Shown here: positions 10,481-22,884 of the stretch, piece by piece
Numbering within the stretch: the stretch's first letter is position 1
Layout of the letters: each line of letters opens with the position of its first letter
DNA from: Eubacteriales bacterium
GTDB taxonomy: Bacteria; Bacillota; Clostridia; Oscillospirales; CAG-272
Assembly (NCBI GenBank): GCA_045128735.1
Contig: JBGVRT010000052.1
Location: 88,137 to 152,136 of the forward strand
DNA length: 64,000 bases
Direction of reading: 5' to 3'
Program-made: the position numbers and the translations under genes
Notes under the pieces: generated by a model
What the model saw: only the letters and a program-made list of their open reading frames with translations
What the model was told of the DNA's origin: nothing
The model's database searches: none

Positions 10481-12480
10481 CCGAAGCTGTTTTTAAGCTG
10501 CACAGCGACTATAAGCCTACGGGAGATCAGCCCGAGGCGATAGAGGCTTTGACAAAAGGAATATTGCGCGGAGACAGACTGCAGACACTTCTCGGCGTAA
10601 CCGGTTCGGGTAAGACATTTACGATGGCAAACGTAATTGCCAACGTAAACCGTCCTACTCTTGTTTTGGCGCACAATAAAACTCTTGCCGCCCAGCTTTG
10701 CTCTGAGTTTCGTGAGTTCTTTCCCGAGAACGCTGTAGAATATTTTGTTTCGTATTACGACTATTATCAGCCCGAGGCGTACGTTCCCGGACGCGATATG
10801 TATATAGAAAAGGATGCTCAGATAAACGACGAAATAGATATGCTCAGGCACAGCGCAACCTCGGCGTTGCTTGAACGCAGAGACGTTATAATCGTTGCCA
10901 GCGTTTCGTGTATCTATACCCTCGGTGACCCCTCGGAATACGCAAAGCTTGTCCTTGCGGTACGTCCCGGAATGCTTATGAGCAGAGAAGAATTTATCAG
11001 ACATCTCATAGCTATAAACTATGACCGAAACGATATCAATTTTGTCCGTGATAAGTTCAGAGTAAACGGAGATACTGTAGACGTATTTCCTGCCTCGTAT
11101 TCGGACAAGGCAATACGCGTTGAATTTTTTGGAGATGAAATAGACCGTGTTTGTGAGGTCAACGTGGTTACGGGCGAGCTTGTAAGAATACTGTCTTACG
11201 CCGCAATATATCCCGCCTCGCACTACGTTGTTACCGATGAGAGAAGGGAAAAGGCGCTCCGCGAAATTGAAAACGAAATGCACGAGCGCGTGGAATATTA
11301 TAAATCGGAAGGAAAGCTTATAGAGGCGCAGAGAATCGAGGAGCGCGTTAAGTACGACGTGGAGATGCTTCGTGAGGTTGGCTTCTGTTCGGGAATCGAG
11401 AACTATTCCCGAGTGCTTTCGGGGCGCCCCGCAGGCTCAACTCCGTATACACTGCTCGATTTCTTCCCCAAGGATTTCGTTCTTTTTGTTGACGAGTCGC
11501 ATATGACGCTTCCGCAGGTGCGCGGAATGAGTCGGGGTGATAGAGCAAGAAAGACTAATCTTGTTGAATACGGCTTCCGTTTGCCGTCGGCTTACGATAA
11601 CCGCCCGCTTTTCTTTGAGGAGTTTCTCGAAAAGCTTAATCAGGTGGTGTGTGTCAGCGCAACTCCGGGAGACTACGAGATTGAAAATGCCGAGAATACC
11701 GTTGAACAGATAATTCGTCCTACGGGACTTCTTGACCCCGAAATAGAGGTGCGCCCCGTATCGGGACAGGTGGACGACCTTCTTGGAGAGATACGGATTC
11801 GAGCCGCTAAAAACGAGCGTGTCCTTGTGACAACTCTTACAAGACAGATGGCTGAGGATTTGAGCGAATATTTCGAGCAAAACGGCGTAAAAGTGAAATA
11901 TATCCATTACAATGTTCAGACGATTGAACGCATGGAGATAATCCGTGATCTGCGACTCGGCGAGTTCGACGTGCTTATAGGAATAAATCTTCTCCGCGAG
12001 GGAATAGATATTCCCGAGGTGTCGCTTGTGGCTATTCTCGATGCCGATAAAGAGGGCTTCTTGCGTGCCGAGCGAGGACTTATTCAGACTGTGGGACGCG
12101 CGGCAAGAAATGCCAACGGAAAGGTCATTATGTACGCCGATACAATGACCGAATCAATGCGCAAGGCTATAGCAGAAACCAACCGCCGCCGCGCAATACA
12201 GCACGAATATAACGTGGCACACGGAATAACCCCCACAACTGTTATCAAGGGCGTGCGCGACGTTATAGAGATAGGTGTCCAAGGCGACCTTGCCGACAAT
12301 AAGCACATCAAGGCAAAGGCAAAGGCGGGCAAGCTTACCGCAAAGGAAAAGGAAAAGCTCATTGCCGAATTCACGGTAAAGATGAAGGAAGCCGCAAAGC
12401 GTCTTGATTTCGAAGAGGCAATGTACTACAGAGATAAAATAAAAGAGCTTGAAACAAGCAGTAAAAAGGGACAAAAATAA
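10477..12480 (+). CDS. uvrB: Excinuclease ABC subunit B
   Basis: [29 protein letters not shown]-terminal UVR domain. Confidence 0.98.
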   Translation: MTEAVFKLHSDYKPTGDQPEAIEALTKGILRGDRLQTLLGVTGSGKTFTMANVIANVNRPTLVLAHNKTLAAQLCSEFREFFPENAVEYFVSYYDYYQPEAYVPGRDMYIEKDAQINDEIDMLRHSATSALLERRDVIIVASVSCIYTLGDPSEYAKLVLAVRPGMLMSREEFIRHLIAINYDRNDINFVRDKFRVNGDTVDVFPASYSDKAIRVEFFGDEIDRVCEVNVVTGELVRILSYAAIYPASHYVVTDERREKALREIENEMHERVEYYKSEGKLIEAQRIEERVKYDVEMLREVGFCSGIENYSRVLSGRPAGSTPYTLLDFFPKDFVLFVDESHMTLPQVRGMSRGDRARKTNLVEYGFRLPSAYDNRPLFFEEFLEKLNQVVCVSATPGDYEIENAENTVEQIIRPTGLLDPEIEVRPVSGQVDDLLGEIRIRAAKNERVLVTTLTRQMAEDLSEYFEQNGVKVKYIHYNVQTIERMEIIRDLRLGEFDVLIGINLLREGIDIPEVSLVAILDADKEGFLRAERGLIQTVGRAARNANGKVIMYADTMTESMRKAIAETNRRRAIQHEYNVAHGITPTTVIKGVRDVIEIGVQGDLADNKHIKAKAKAGKLTAKEKEKLIAEFTVKMKEAAKRLDFEEAMYYRDKIKELETSSKKGQK

Positions 12481-15317
12481 TGACAGAAAATATAGTTATC
12501 AGAGGCGCAAGAGTCAATAATCTGAAAAATATAGACGTAACCATACCGCGAGACCGACTTGTGGTGCTTTCGGGACTTTCGGGCTCGGGAAAATCGTCGC
12601 TTGCCTTTGACACGCTTTACGCGGAGGGGCACAGACGCTTTGTTGAGTCGCTTTCCTCATACGCAAGACAGTTTTTGGGGCAGATGGACAAGCCCGACGT
12701 TGACCTTATCGAAGGGCTTTCACCCGCAATTTCCATCGACCAGAAGACTACCTCTAAAAACCCGCGTTCAACGGTTGGAACCGTAACCGAGATATACGAC
12801 TATCTCAGGCTTCTTTACGCAAGAGTGGGCGTACCCCACTGTCCCGTATGCCATAAGGAGATAAGACAGCAGACCACCGATCAGATAATCGAGCGTATAC
12901 TTGAATTGCCCGAGGGTGAGCGCTTTATGGTGCTTTCGCCCGTTGTAAAGGCAAAAAAGGGTATGCACGAAAAGGTGTTTGCAGACGCTAAAAAAAGCGG
13001 TTATTCAAGAGTCAGAGTTGACGGAAATATATACGACCTCTCCGAGGAATTTAAGCTTGACAAAAATCTCAAGCACAATATAGAGATAATCGTTGACCGA
13101 CTTATTATGCGTGGAGAGATACGCTCCCGTCTTGCAGATTCCATAGAAAATGCGCTTCGCCTTGCCGACGGACATTTGACTGTTGTGGTAATGCCGAGAG
13201 AGGCGGAGGAATATGAGCTTGAGTTTTCGCAAAGCTATGCCTGCGAGGAGCACGGAATTTCATTTGGTGAGCTTGAACCGAGAATGTTCTCATTCAACAA
13301 TCCTGCGGGAGCTTGCGATTACTGTCTCGGTATCGGTGAGCTTAATAAAATATCGGTGGATAAAATTATTCCCAATAAAGATATTTCGCTTGAGGACGGG
13401 GCAATCGCGGTTAACGGCTTCAAAACGCTTGAGGAAGAAAGCTGGAACGGTCCGCTTTTCCGTGCGGTTGGAGAACGGTGCGGATTTACGCTCGATATGC
13501 CCATAAAGGACTTTTCGGAAAATTCGCTTAATGCGCTTCTTTACGGTACGGGCAACGAGCTGTATAGCGTAACGCGCTATTTCGGAGGTGAGGCGTATAA
13601 CCAAAAGGTAAAATTTGACGGCGTAATAAAAATAATGGAGCAGAGAATGGCTCAGGGAATGAACGCCGACTATTACGAGCAGTTCTTTGACCAGACGGTT
13701 TGCCCTAAGTGTAAGGGTAGCAGACTTTCGGCAAATTCGGCGGCTGTTACTGTCGGCGGATTGAATATTCACGAGTTTTGCAGTATGTCGGTTGAAAAAT
13801 CGCTTGAGTTTGTCAATATGCTTAAGCTGACCGAAAGCGAGAAAATTATTTCCAAGGATATTTTCAAGGAGATAAAAGCCCGTCTCGGCTTCCTTGTGAA
13901 CGTTGGCCTTGAATATCTTACACTTGCGAGAAAATCTGGGACACTTTCGGGCGGTGAGCTTCAAAGAATACGCCTCGCGACTCAGATAGGCTCCGCGCTT
14001 GTGGGCGTGCTTTACGTTCTTGACGAGCCAAGCATAGGTCTTCATCAGCGCGATAACTCAAAGCTTATAAAAACACTTGAAAAGCTCCGCGACGTTGGAA
14101 ATACGGTTATCGTTGTTGAACACGACGAGGAGACTATGGAAGCAGCCGACTATATCGTTGATATCGGACCGGGAGCAGGCATACACGGCGGCGAGGTCGT
14201 TGCCTCTGGCACGCCCGAGGAGATAAAGAAATCTGAAAAATCGCTTACGGGCGCATATCTGTCGGGAAGAAAGAAAATAGAGGTGCCCCAAAAGCGCCGC
14301 GAAGGTAACGGCAACTTCCTTCGTGTGTTCGGGGCTGAACAAAATAATCTTAAATCAATAGACGTGGAAATACCTCTCGGTTGCTTCGTGTGTGTCACGG
14401 GCGTTTCGGGCTCGGGAAAATCCTCGCTTGTTAACGGAATTCTTTATCCGTATCTTGCAAACAAGCTTAACGGCGCGTATACTATCGCGGGCAAGCATAA
14501 GCGTGTAGAAGGACTTGAGCATCTTGATAAGGTGATTGATATAGACCAAAGCCCCATTGGAAGAACTCCGCGTTCAAATCCCGCAACCTATACCGGACTT
14601 TTCACCGACATACGCGAGTTGTTTGCACAGACTCAGGACGCAAAGGCGAGAGGCTATAAATCTGGTAGGTTTTCCTTTAACGTAAAGGGCGGACGCTGTG
14701 AGGCGTGCGAGGGAGACGGAGTAAAGTGCATAGAAATGCACTTCCTGCCCGACGTATACGTAAAGTGTGACGTCTGCAAGGGTAAGCGCTACAATGCCGA
14801 TACGCTTGAAGTAAGATATAAGGGCAAAAATATATACGACGTTCTTGAAATGACAGTAGAGGAGGGAGTAGGCTTTTTTGACGGACTTCCCAAATTACAG
14901 CGCAAGCTGAAAACGCTCTACGACGTAGGGCTTGGATATATCAAAATCGGTCAGTCGTCTACCACGCTTTCGGGCGGCGAGGCACAGCGAGTCAAGCTTG
15001 CTACCGAGCTTTCCAAGCGCAGTACAGGCAAAACCATATATATACTCGACGAGCCCACTACCGGTCTCCACACTGCAGACGTGGCAAATCTTATTGAGGT
15101 TCTTAAGCAGCTTGTAGATGCGGGAAATACCGTTCTTGTTATCGAGCATAACCTTGACGTGATAAAAACCGCCGACTATATAATCGACTTGGGCCCCGAG
15201 GGCGGTGATAAAGGCGGAACGGTAGTTGCAACTGGAACTCCCGAGGAAATTGCCGCGGTTGAAGAGTCTTATACCGGTCAATATCTCAAAAAAATGATTT
15301 TATGCAATCGAAAATGA
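12480..15317 (+). CDS. uvrA: Excinuclease ABC subunit A
   Basis: Two ABC modules ([23 protein letters not shown]), zinc fingers. Confidence 0.98.
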   Translation: MTENIVIRGARVNNLKNIDVTIPRDRLVVLSGLSGSGKSSLAFDTLYAEGHRRFVESLSSYARQFLGQMDKPDVDLIEGLSPAISIDQKTTSKNPRSTVGTVTEIYDYLRLLYARVGVPHCPVCHKEIRQQTTDQIIERILELPEGERFMVLSPVVKAKKGMHEKVFADAKKSGYSRVRVDGNIYDLSEEFKLDKNLKHNIEIIVDRLIMRGEIRSRLADSIENALRLADGHLTVVVMPREAEEYELEFSQSYACEEHGISFGELEPRMFSFNNPAGACDYCLGIGELNKISVDKIIPNKDISLEDGAIAVNGFKTLEEESWNGPLFRAVGERCGFTLDMPIKDFSENSLNALLYGTGNELYSVTRYFGGEAYNQKVKFDGVIKIMEQRMAQGMNADYYEQFFDQTVCPKCKGSRLSANSAAVTVGGLNIHEFCSMSVEKSLEFVNMLKLTESEKIISKDIFKEIKARLGFLVNVGLEYLTLARKSGTLSGGELQRIRLATQIGSALVGVLYVLDEPSIGLHQRDNSKLIKTLEKLRDVGNTVIVVEHDEETMEAADYIVDIGPGAGIHGGEVVASGTPEEIKKSEKSLTGAYLSGRKKIEVPQKRREGNGNFLRVFGAEQNNLKSIDVEIPLGCFVCVTGVSGSGKSSLVNGILYPYLANKLNGAYTIAGKHKRVEGLEHLDKVIDIDQSPIGRTPRSNPATYTGLFTDIRELFAQTQDAKARGYKSGRFSFNVKGGRCEACEGDGVKCIEMHFLPDVYVKCDVCKGKRYNADTLEVRYKGKNIYDVLEMTVEEGVGFFDGLPKLQRKLKTLYDVGLGYIKIGQSSTTLSGGEAQRVKLATELSKRSTGKTIYILDEPTTGLHTADVANLIEVLKQLVDAGNTVLVIEHNLDVIKTADYIIDLGPEGGDKGGTVVATGTPEEIAAVEESYTGQYLKKMILCNRK

Positions 15318-15410
15318 ATATTTATGCATAAAAACACAAAAATTCTAAAAAAAATCGAATTTTTATTCAACTTTTTTTCAAAAACCTATTGACAAGTGAA
15401 TTTTTATGTG
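15315..15410. promoter_or_regulatory. Putative ARG boxes (ArgR operators)
   Basis: TGAATATTTATGCA (15315-15328), CGAATTTTTATTCA (15356-15369), TGAATTTTTATGTG (15397-15410) resemble TGAATwwwwATTCA. Confidence 0.7.
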
Positions 15411-15417
15411 ATATAAT
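15389..15417 (+). promoter_or_regulatory. Sigma-A promoter of the ABC transporter operon
   Basis: TTGACA-17 bp-TATAAT with TG extension. Confidence 0.85.
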
Positions 15418-15479
15418 ACGCACATCAAAAGACAAGAATTCACATTCTTAAAATTTAACAACAGAAAGGAAATATTATC

Positions 15480-16268
15480 ATGAAAAAAATTTTGTCTTTG
15501 GTTTTAGTCGCACTTATGCTCGCATCTGCTCTTTGCATTGCAGGTTGCGGAGGAAAGGATGACGCACTTGTAGTTTACACAGAAGCAGGCTTTGCACCCT
15601 ATGAATTCATCTACAATGATGAAATCGTAGGCGTTGATATTGCCATCGTTAAGGCAGTTGCTGAGGAGCTCGGCAAAGAGGTTATCGTTACCGACGTTGC
15701 TTTTGATACCATCTGCACATCCGTACAGAACGGCAAGGCAGACATCGGTGCCGCAGGTATCACAATCAGACCCGACCGTGCTGAGCAGGTTGACTTCTCG
15801 ATTCCTTACTCCTCCACAGAGCAGTATGTAATCGTTCCCGCAACAAACGACAGCATCAAGGTTCTTGAGGACCTTGTTGGCAAGAAGATCGGTATCCAGA
15901 ATGGTACAACATCCGATATGCTTGTTGCTGACCTTATCGCTGACGGAACTCTCGGCTCCGCAGAGCTTATTCCTTACAGCTCGCCCGCAGTTGCAGCAGC
16001 TTCTATGAACAAGCAGGATGCAGTTGTTACCGACAAGCTTACAGCTCAGCTTATCGTTGCTAACGACAGCAACCTTAAGGCATTCGCTCTCGTTAAGGCT
16101 GACGGTACACCCGCCGCAGAGGTTGAGGAGTACGGTATTGCAGTACAGAAGGGCAACAAGGAGCTCCTTGACGCTATCAATAAGGTTCTTACAGAGCTTA
16201 TGGCTGACGGAACAATCGATAAGTGGGTTGAAGAGTATTCCGCAAAGGCTAAGGAAGTTGGCGCGTAA
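15480..16268 (+). CDS. Polar amino-acid ABC transporter substrate-binding lipoprotein
   Basis: Lipobox IAGC; AGFAPYEF, GVDIAI, VDFSIPY. Confidence 0.92.
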   Translation: MKKILSLVLVALMLASALCIAGCGGKDDALVVYTEAGFAPYEFIYNDEIVGVDIAIVKAVAEELGKEVIVTDVAFDTICTSVQNGKADIGAAGITIRPDRAEQVDFSIPYSSTEQYVIVPATNDSIKVLEDLVGKKIGIQNGTTSDMLVADLIADGTLGSAELIPYSSPAVAAASMNKQDAVVTDKLTAQLIVANDSNLKAFALVKADGTPAAEVEEYGIAVQKGNKELLDAINKVLTELMADGTIDKWVEEYSAKAKEVGA

Positions 16269-16348
16269 TCTTTAATATCCGACTTGAAATTTATAACAGC
16301 GGGGGACCGTAAGATCTCCCGCTGATAATTATTTGAAAGGATTTACAT

Positions 16349-17038
16349 ATGTTTGACAAAATAATAGACGGCTTTGTCAAAACCTTTATAGCAGAAGACA
16401 GATATAAAATGTTTCTGAGAGGTTTTTGGAATACGATTCAGATTGCACTTGTTGCTACCATCATCGGTGTGTTGATCGGTGCTATCGTTGCCGTTGTCCG
16501 TGTGTTCCACAAACAGACGGGAAAGCTCGGTATTCTTGACAAGATCTGTGAAATATATACCACCGTTATAAGAGGAACCCCCGTTGTTGTTCAGCTTTTG
16601 ATTACATATAACATCATTTTTGCTTGGTCAACCAGGGCAGTGCTTATCGGTATGATAGGATTCGGTCTTAACTCGGGCGCATATGTTGCAGAGATAATGC
16701 GCGGAGGAATCAATGCGGTGGATATCGGTCAGACCGAGGCGGGGCGCTCGCTTGGTCTGTCGTCTGCAACCACGATGAAGAGCATAGTTTTACCTCAGGC
16801 AATAAAGAACGTTTTGCCTGCTATAGGTAACGAGTTTATTTCGCTTCTCAAGGAGACTTCAATTATCGGTTTCCTTGGCGTTATCGACCTTACCAAGGCG
16901 GCAGAGCGTGTAATTTCAAGAACGATGAACGTTTATTTCCCCTATATTTCCATAGCTCTCGTTTATCTTGCGGTTGTCTATGGTTTGAACTACCTGTTCA
17001 AGAAGCTTGAGAGGAGGTTGGCTAAGAGTGACAGATAA
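16349..17038 (+). CDS. Polar amino-acid ABC transporter permease
   Basis: [32 protein letters not shown]. Confidence 0.93.
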   Translation: MFDKIIDGFVKTFIAEDRYKMFLRGFWNTIQIALVATIIGVLIGAIVAVVRVFHKQTGKLGILDKICEIYTTVIRGTPVVVQLLITYNIIFAWSTRAVLIGMIGFGLNSGAYVAEIMRGGINAVDIGQTEAGRSLGLSSATTMKSIVLPQAIKNVLPAIGNEFISLLKETSIIGFLGVIDLTKAAERVISRTMNVYFPYISIALVYLAVVYGLNYLFKKLERRLAKSDR

Positions 17039-17975
17039 GAATACAATTATAGAAGTAAAAAACCTATTCAAGACCTTTGACGGCGATAAAATGATTCTTC
17101 AGGGAATCAGCTATGAGATTAAAAAAGGCGAAAAGCTTGTTATTATCGGACCTTCGGGCGGCGGAAAATCCACCTTCCTCAGATGTCTTAACCTTCTTGA
17201 AAAGCCTACTTACGGAGAAATCTGGGTAAACGGCAAGTTAATTACCCCCGTTGACCCTTATCTCCACTTTGACGTTATCGAGGCTTCCTTGACCTACGGA
17301 AAAATGTTCAAGGAGTACAGCGCACAGAATCCCGATGCTACAGAGGCAGAGCTTAAAGAAAAGATCATTGCCGAGATAAAGCAGAAGGACCTTCTCAATG
17401 AAAAGAGGGAGGGCAGGGCGTATAAGGCCTTGATGAAGCAAATATTTGAGAACAATTATATCCAAATCGACCTTGCGCGTCAGAAAATGGGAATGGTATT
17501 CCAGCACTTCAATCTTTTCCCCCATATGACGGTAAAGGAAAATATCACCTTCGCTCCCGTTAAGCTCAAGCTTAAGACTCCCGAGGAGGCTTCGAAGAGA
17601 GCGGACGAGCTTTTGGCTCGCGTTGGACTTTCCGAAAAAGCCGATTCTTATCCCAGCCAGCTTTCGGGCGGACAGAAGCAGAGAATCGCGATAATCCGAG
17701 CTCTCGCTATGGACCCCGAGGTAATGCTTTTCGACGAGCCCACCTCCGCGCTTGACCCCGAAATGGTTGGAGAGGTTCTCGACCTTATTAAGCAGCTCGC
17801 ATCAGAGGGAATTACAATGCTTGTAGTTACCCACGAAATGGGTTTTGCGAGAGAGGTTGCAGACCGTGTACTCTTTATGTGTGACGGTATTATCGAGGAG
17901 GATGCTCACCCCGAGGAGTTCTTCGGCGCACCCAAGAGTCCAAGACTTCAGCAGTTCCTGAAAAGCGTGCTTTGA
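17028..17975 (+). CDS. Polar amino-acid ABC transporter ATPase (GlnQ-like) with internal insertion
   Basis: [39 protein letters not shown]; probable GTG start at 17028. Confidence 0.92.
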   Translation: MTDKNTIIEVKNLFKTFDGDKMILQGISYEIKKGEKLVIIGPSGGGKSTFLRCLNLLEKPTYGEIWVNGKLITPVDPYLHFDVIEASLTYGKMFKEYSAQNPDATEAELKEKIIAEIKQKDLLNEKREGRAYKALMKQIFENNYIQIDLARQKMGMVFQHFNLFPHMTVKENITFAPVKLKLKTPEEASKRADELLARVGLSEKADSYPSQLSGGQKQRIAIIRALAMDPEVMLFDEPTSALDPEMVGEVLDLIKQLASEGITMLVVTHEMGFAREVADRVLFMCDGIIEEDAHPEEFFGAPKSPRLQQFLKSVL

Positions 17976-18039
17976 TGCACCGATTTGTGCTGATTTGATA
18001 CAGTTCATAAAATATTAACAAAAATACACAAATTAGTTC

Positions 18040-18068
18040 TTGACAAAAGACCCGAAAAGTGGTAAATT
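18040..18068 (+). promoter_or_regulatory. Sigma-A promoter of the hrcA operon
   Basis: TTGACA-17 bp-TAAATT with TG extension, just upstream of CIRCE. Confidence 0.7.
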
Positions 18069-18078
18069 ATAGTCGTGG

Positions 18079-18105
18079 TTAGCACTCAAACAAAAAGAGT
18101 GCTAA
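18079..18105. promoter_or_regulatory. CIRCE element (HrcA operator)
   Basis: Exact TTAGCACTC-N9-GAGTGCTAA upstream of hrcA. Confidence 0.97.
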
Positions 18106-18161
18106 AAACGGGTGGTTTACAACTTCGGGTCTTTTATTTTTGTGAAACGGAGGTGTTTAGC

Positions 18162-19247
18162 GTGGCAGATATTGAATTGAGTGAACGAAAAAAGCAGATA
18201 CTAAAAGCAATCGTTGAGGCACATATTGCCGAGGGCGAGCCTGTAGGATCTAAATATATTGTGGAAAATCGGCAGTTGACCTGTTCGTCTGCTACCATAA
18301 GAAACGAGATGTCCGAGCTTGAAGAAATGGGCTACCTTGAAAAGCCTCACACTTCGGCAGGCAGAGTGCCAAGTGAGCTTGGTTATCGCTTCTACGTTGA
18401 CTCTCTCGTTCAGCATTATGCTATGACCGCTAACGAAATAGCGGAAATAAACAATATTTTGAAATCTAAGATGTCCGAGCTTGATCAGATACTTGAAAAC
18501 GCGTCAAGATTGGCATCAAACATAACAAACTATACTGGATTTGCCGTTAAACCGAAATTTGCTTCCCACAGCATCTCTAAGTTTGAGGCAATATCCATAG
18601 ATGAGTTTAACCTCCTGCTTGTTATGATAACCGCAGGCGGCGTGGTTAAAACCAAAAAGCTTCGTATGCCCATACCGCTTAACGACGAGCTTATCTCAAA
18701 GATAAACGGTGCGCTTAATCGCCACCTTGCGGGACTTGGAAGTCAGGATATCACACTTCCGATATTGATGAGCATTGAGGATGAGCTTGGCGGTGATGCA
18801 AGAGCCATCGGACCGATAATCAAGGTAATCTATGATACGATGAACGATGTAGAGGACGGTGAACTTCGCATAAGCGGACTTAACAGACTTTTGCAGTATC
18901 CCGAGTTTTCGGACTCTCAGAAGTTTGGTCAACTGCTTACGGCTATTGAAAGCAAGGAGGAAATCCTCAATCTTGTATCGCAGGGTAATTCAGACGGAGA
19001 TGTAAACGTAATAATCGGCTCCGAAAGCTCTGTTAACGTTATGAACAATTCTTCTGTTATCTATAAACCGATAAAAAAGGACGGCAGAACGGTAGGTGCC
19101 ATTGGCGTTATCGGCCCGCTTCGTATGGATTACGCGAAGGTGCTTGCAACAGTAGAGGAATTGAGCGATAATATTTCCAATATAATTGGTAATGATATAA
19201 AAAGCCTGACGGAAGGAGATAAAAATGGAAGAAAAGAAGATGAATGA
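18162..19247 (+). CDS. hrcA: Heat-inducible transcription repressor
   Basis: EPVGSK, SSATIRNEM, PHTSAGRVPS, GVIGPLRMDY; GTG start after GGAGGTG. Confidence 0.96.
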   Translation: MADIELSERKKQILKAIVEAHIAEGEPVGSKYIVENRQLTCSSATIRNEMSELEEMGYLEKPHTSAGRVPSELGYRFYVDSLVQHYAMTANEIAEINNILKSKMSELDQILENASRLASNITNYTGFAVKPKFASHSISKFEAISIDEFNLLLVMITAGGVVKTKKLRMPIPLNDELISKINGALNRHLAGLGSQDITLPILMSIEDELGGDARAIGPIIKVIYDTMNDVEDGELRISGLNRLLQYPEFSDSQKFGQLLTAIESKEEILNLVSQGNSDGDVNVIIGSESSVNVMNNSSVIYKPIKKDGRTVGAIGVIGPLRMDYAKVLATVEELSDNISNIIGNDIKSLTEGDKNGRKEDE

Positions 19248-19776
19248 AGAAATCACCGAAGAAGCTGAAAAGGCAGAAGCAACCGAAGAAAAGGCCGCCA
19301 AGCCCGAAAAAGGTGATAAGAAAAAAATAAAGGCACTTGAAGCAGAGCTTGCCGAGGTTAACAAAAAAGCCGAGGAAATAAACGAAAAATATATGCGAAT
19401 GCTTGCCGAATACGACAATTTCAGAAAACGCTCGGCAAAGGAACGAGAAAGTATCTACGGTGACGCTTATACCGATGCGCTTACTTCAATACTTCCCGTG
19501 CTCGATAATCTGGAAAGAGCCGAGGGATGCACCGATGCCGAGGGACTTGCAAAGGGACTTGAGCTTACGCTTAAGAGCTTCCGAGAAACCCTTGAGAAAA
19601 TGGGTGTTACAGAAATAGAGGCAATTGGCAAAACCTTTGATCCCAATCTTCATAATGCGGTTTTCCATGTGGATGACGAGAGCTTTGGCGAAAGTCAAAT
19701 CGTTGAGGTGCTTATGAAGGGCTACACAAAGGGTGACAAGGTTATCAGATATTCAATGGTCAAGGTAGCCAACTAA
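19225..19776 (+). CDS. grpE: Nucleotide exchange factor GrpE
   Basis: [21 protein letters not shown]...RYSMVKV. Confidence 0.96.
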   Translation: MEEKKMNEEITEEAEKAEATEEKAAKPEKGDKKKIKALEAELAEVNKKAEEINEKYMRMLAEYDNFRKRSAKERESIYGDAYTDALTSILPVLDNLERAEGCTDAEGLAKGLELTLKSFRETLEKMGVTEIEAIGKTFDPNLHNAVFHVDDESFGESQIVEVLMKGYTKGDKVIRYSMVKVAN

Positions 19777-19820
19777 GGCTAAAAATAAAACATAAATACA
19801 TTTTAGGAGGAAATTTTATT

Positions 19821-21656
19821 ATGGGAAAAATTATAGGAATAGATTTGGGCACTACCAACTCTTGCGTAGCAGTATTTGAAGGCGGAGAGCCCATAGTTAT
19901 CCCCAATCCCGAGGGTGCGAGAACAACCCCCTCGGTTGTAGCATTCACAAAGACGGGTGAGAGAATGATCGGTCAGATCGCTAAGCGTCAGGCTATCACC
20001 AACCCCGATAGAACGATTAGCAGTATCAAGCGTGAGATGGGTCTTAACCACAAGACAACCATTGACGGTAAGGATTACACTCCTCAGGAGATTTCCGCAA
20101 TGATCCTTCAGAAGCTCAAGGCTGACGCCGAGGCGTATCTTGGCACAAGCGTTACCGAGGCTGTTATCACCGTTCCCGCGTACTTCTCCGATGCACAGAG
20201 ACAGGCAACAAAGGACGCAGGTAAGATAGCGGGTCTTGAAGTTAAGAGAATCATCAACGAGCCTACCGCCGCAGCGCTTGCTTACGGTATGGATAAGGAG
20301 ACAGACCAGAAGATAATGGTATTCGACCTTGGCGGCGGTACTTTCGACGTTTCGCTTCTTGAAATTTCCGACGGCGTTTTCGAGGTTCTTGCAACTGCGG
20401 GTAACAATCGTCTTGGCGGTGATGACTTCGATGCAAGAGTTATCGACTGGATGGCTGAGCAGTTCAAGAGAGAGAACGGCATCGACCTCAGAAACGATAA
20501 GATGGTTCTTCAGAGACTTAAGGAGGCGGCAGAAAAGGCAAAGATCGAGCTTTCGGGTATGTCCAGCACAAACATCAACCTTCCTTTCATTACCGCAACC
20601 GCAAACGGACCTCTTCACTTTGACGCAACGCTCACAAGAGCAGAGTTTGACAGAATTACAGCTGATCTTGTTGACGCTACTATGCAGCCCACAAGACAGG
20701 TTATTTCCGATGCGGGCGTAAGCGCTTCGCAGATCGACAAGGTCCTTCTTGTTGGCGGATCTACAAGAATTCCCGCTGTTCAGGAAGCAGTTAAGAAGTT
20801 TATCGGTAAAGAGCCCTTCAAGGGTATCAACCCCGACGAATGTGTTGCTCTCGGTGCGGCTATTCAGGGCGGTGTCCTTGGCGGCGACGTAAAGGACCTT
20901 CTCCTTCTTGACGTTACACCTCTTTCTCTCGGTATCGAGACTCTCGGTGGTGTATTTACAAGAATTATTGATAGAAACACAACAATTCCCGTAAAGAAGA
21001 GCCAGATATTCTCCACCGCGGCTGATAGCCAGACCTCGGTTGAGATTCACGTTCTTCAGGGTGAGCGTGAGATGGCGGCTAATAACACAACTCTCGGACG
21101 CTTCAGCCTTGACGGAATTCCCGCCGCTCCTCGCGGAGTACCTCAGATTGAGGTTACTTTCGATATTGACGCTAACGGTATCGTTAACGTAACCGCTCAG
21201 GATAAGGGCACGGGCAAGGAGACTCACATTACAATTACTTCTTCCACAAATATGTCTCAGGAAGATATTGATAAGGCAATCAAGGATGCTGAAAAGTATG
21301 CCGAGGAAGACAAGAAGCAGAAAGAAGCTGTAGACACCAAGAACCACGCTGAGACTCTTATTTTCCAGAGCGAGAAGACTCTCGGTGAGATTGGTGATAA
21401 GATTCCCGAGGAGGATAAGGCTGACGTTAAGGCGGCTGTTGAAAAGCTCCGCGCAACTCTTAACGGTGGTGATACTGAGGCGATCAAGGCTGATACAGAG
21501 GCACTTGAAAAGGCATTCTACGCTCTTTCCGAGAAGCTTTATAAGCAGAGCGGAGCTCAGGGCGCAGATCCCAATATGGGCAATATGGGCGGCGACGGAC
21601 AGAACGGCGACTCCACATATTATAACGCAGATTACGAGGATAAGACCGATAAGTAA
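19821..21656 (+). CDS. dnaK: Chaperone DnaK
   Basis: [32 protein letters not shown]. Confidence 0.99.
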   Translation: MGKIIGIDLGTTNSCVAVFEGGEPIVIPNPEGARTTPSVVAFTKTGERMIGQIAKRQAITNPDRTISSIKREMGLNHKTTIDGKDYTPQEISAMILQKLKADAEAYLGTSVTEAVITVPAYFSDAQRQATKDAGKIAGLEVKRIINEPTAAALAYGMDKETDQKIMVFDLGGGTFDVSLLEISDGVFEVLATAGNNRLGGDDFDARVIDWMAEQFKRENGIDLRNDKMVLQRLKEAAEKAKIELSGMSSTNINLPFITATANGPLHFDATLTRAEFDRITADLVDATMQPTRQVISDAGVSASQIDKVLLVGGSTRIPAVQEAVKKFIGKEPFKGINPDECVALGAAIQGGVLGGDVKDLLLLDVTPLSLGIETLGGVFTRIIDRNTTIPVKKSQIFSTAADSQTSVEIHVLQGEREMAANNTTLGRFSLDGIPAAPRGVPQIEVTFDIDANGIVNVTAQDKGTGKETHITITSSTNMSQEDIDKAIKDAEKYAEEDKKQKEAVDTKNHAETLIFQSEKTLGEIGDKIPEEDKADVKAAVEKLRATLNGGDTEAIKADTEALEKAFYALSEKLYKQSGAQGADPNMGNMGGDGQNGDSTYYNADYEDKTDK

Positions 21657-21729
21657 TCGTAACGAAATAGGGCGGGAAAGGTAAGATTTTGCCTTTCCCG
21701 CAGAGTCGTTGACAGAAAGGACAAGTCTG

Positions 21730-22872
21730 ATGGCAGATAAAAGAGACTATTATGACGTCCTCGGCGTTGATAAAAGCGCTGATGACGCTACAATAAAAAA
21801 AGCCTATCGCTCGCTTGCCAAAAAATATCATCCCGATATGAACCAGGGGGATGCCGAGGCTGAAAAGAAATTCAAGGAAGTAAACGAGGCATACGCTATA
21901 CTTTCTGATCCACAGAAGAAGCAGCAGTATGACCAGTTCGGACACGCCGCGTTTGAACAGGGCGGTCCCGGTGCAGGCGGCGGATTCGGTGGCTTTGATT
22001 TCAGCGGATTCGGTGGCTTTGGAGATATATTCGGCGACATATTCGGCGGCTTTGGCGGTGGCGGAAGCGCAAGGCGTAACGGACCTCAGAGAGGCGAGGA
22101 CATCGGCGCAACAGTTACCATTACCTTTGAAGAAGCGGCATTTGGTGTAAAAAAGGATATTACCTATAATAGAATACAGCGTTGCTCCGATTGCGGAGGA
22201 AGCGGTGCGGAAAAGGGAACCAAGGCAGAAACCTGTAGTGCCTGCGGCGGATCCGGTCAGCGCAGAGTAGTTCAGCGTATGGCGGGGATGCAGTTCCAAT
22301 CCACAGTTACGTGTGAATCCTGCCGCGGAACGGGTAAGTTTATAAAAACTCCTTGCTCGAATTGCCGCGGAACGGGCTACGTTAAGGTATCCAAAAAGCT
22401 TGGTGTGTCTATTCCCGCAGGTATAGACGACGGAGAGAGAATTGCACTTCGCGGTGAGGGCTGTGACGGTAAGAACGGCGGACCTACGGGCGATCTTTTC
22501 ATTACCGTAAGAGTAAAACGCCACAGCGTTTTCGAGCGTGACGGATACAATATTTATTGTGAAGTGCCTATCACGGTTGCCGAAGCAACTCTTGGTGCAG
22601 AAATAACCGTGCCCTCGCTTGAAGGCAATTTCCAATATACAATTCCCGAGGGAACTCAACCCGGAACTCAGTTCACGGTAAGACAGAAGGGAATTCCCTA
22701 CGTAAATACGCAGAACAGACGCGGCGACCTTATTTTTACGGTTAACGTTGAGATACCCAAGGGGCTTAACGAAAAGCAAAAGGAACATATGCGCGCTTTC
22801 GCAGATAGCTGCGGAGAAAACAATTACGGCAAAAAGACAGGCTTTTTTAAAAAGCTTTTCGATAAAAAATAA
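21730..22872 (+). CDS. dnaJ: Chaperone DnaJ
   Basis: J domain with HPD, G/F-rich linker, four CxxCxGxG repeats. Confidence 0.98.
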   Translation: MADKRDYYDVLGVDKSADDATIKKAYRSLAKKYHPDMNQGDAEAEKKFKEVNEAYAILSDPQKKQQYDQFGHAAFEQGGPGAGGGFGGFDFSGFGGFGDIFGDIFGGFGGGGSARRNGPQRGEDIGATVTITFEEAAFGVKKDITYNRIQRCSDCGGSGAEKGTKAETCSACGGSGQRRVVQRMAGMQFQSTVTCESCRGTGKFIKTPCSNCRGTGYVKVSKKLGVSIPAGIDDGERIALRGEGCDGKNGGPTGDLFITVRVKRHSVFERDGYNIYCEVPITVAEATLGAEITVPSLEGNFQYTIPEGTQPGTQFTVRQKGIPYVNTQNRRGDLIFTVNVEIPKGLNEKQKEHMRAFADSCGENNYGKKTGFFKKLFDKK

Positions 22873-22884
22873 CGGAGAAAGACT

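Noticed and set aside
19803..21347. 514-aa ORF antisense to dnaK
   Set aside because: Known antisense shadow of dnaK arising from codon bias.
21484..22788. 434-aa antisense ORF over dnaJ (similar cases at 29469-30965, 37208-38356, 41197-42276)
   Set aside because: Overlap well-supported genes on the other strand and show no protein motifs.
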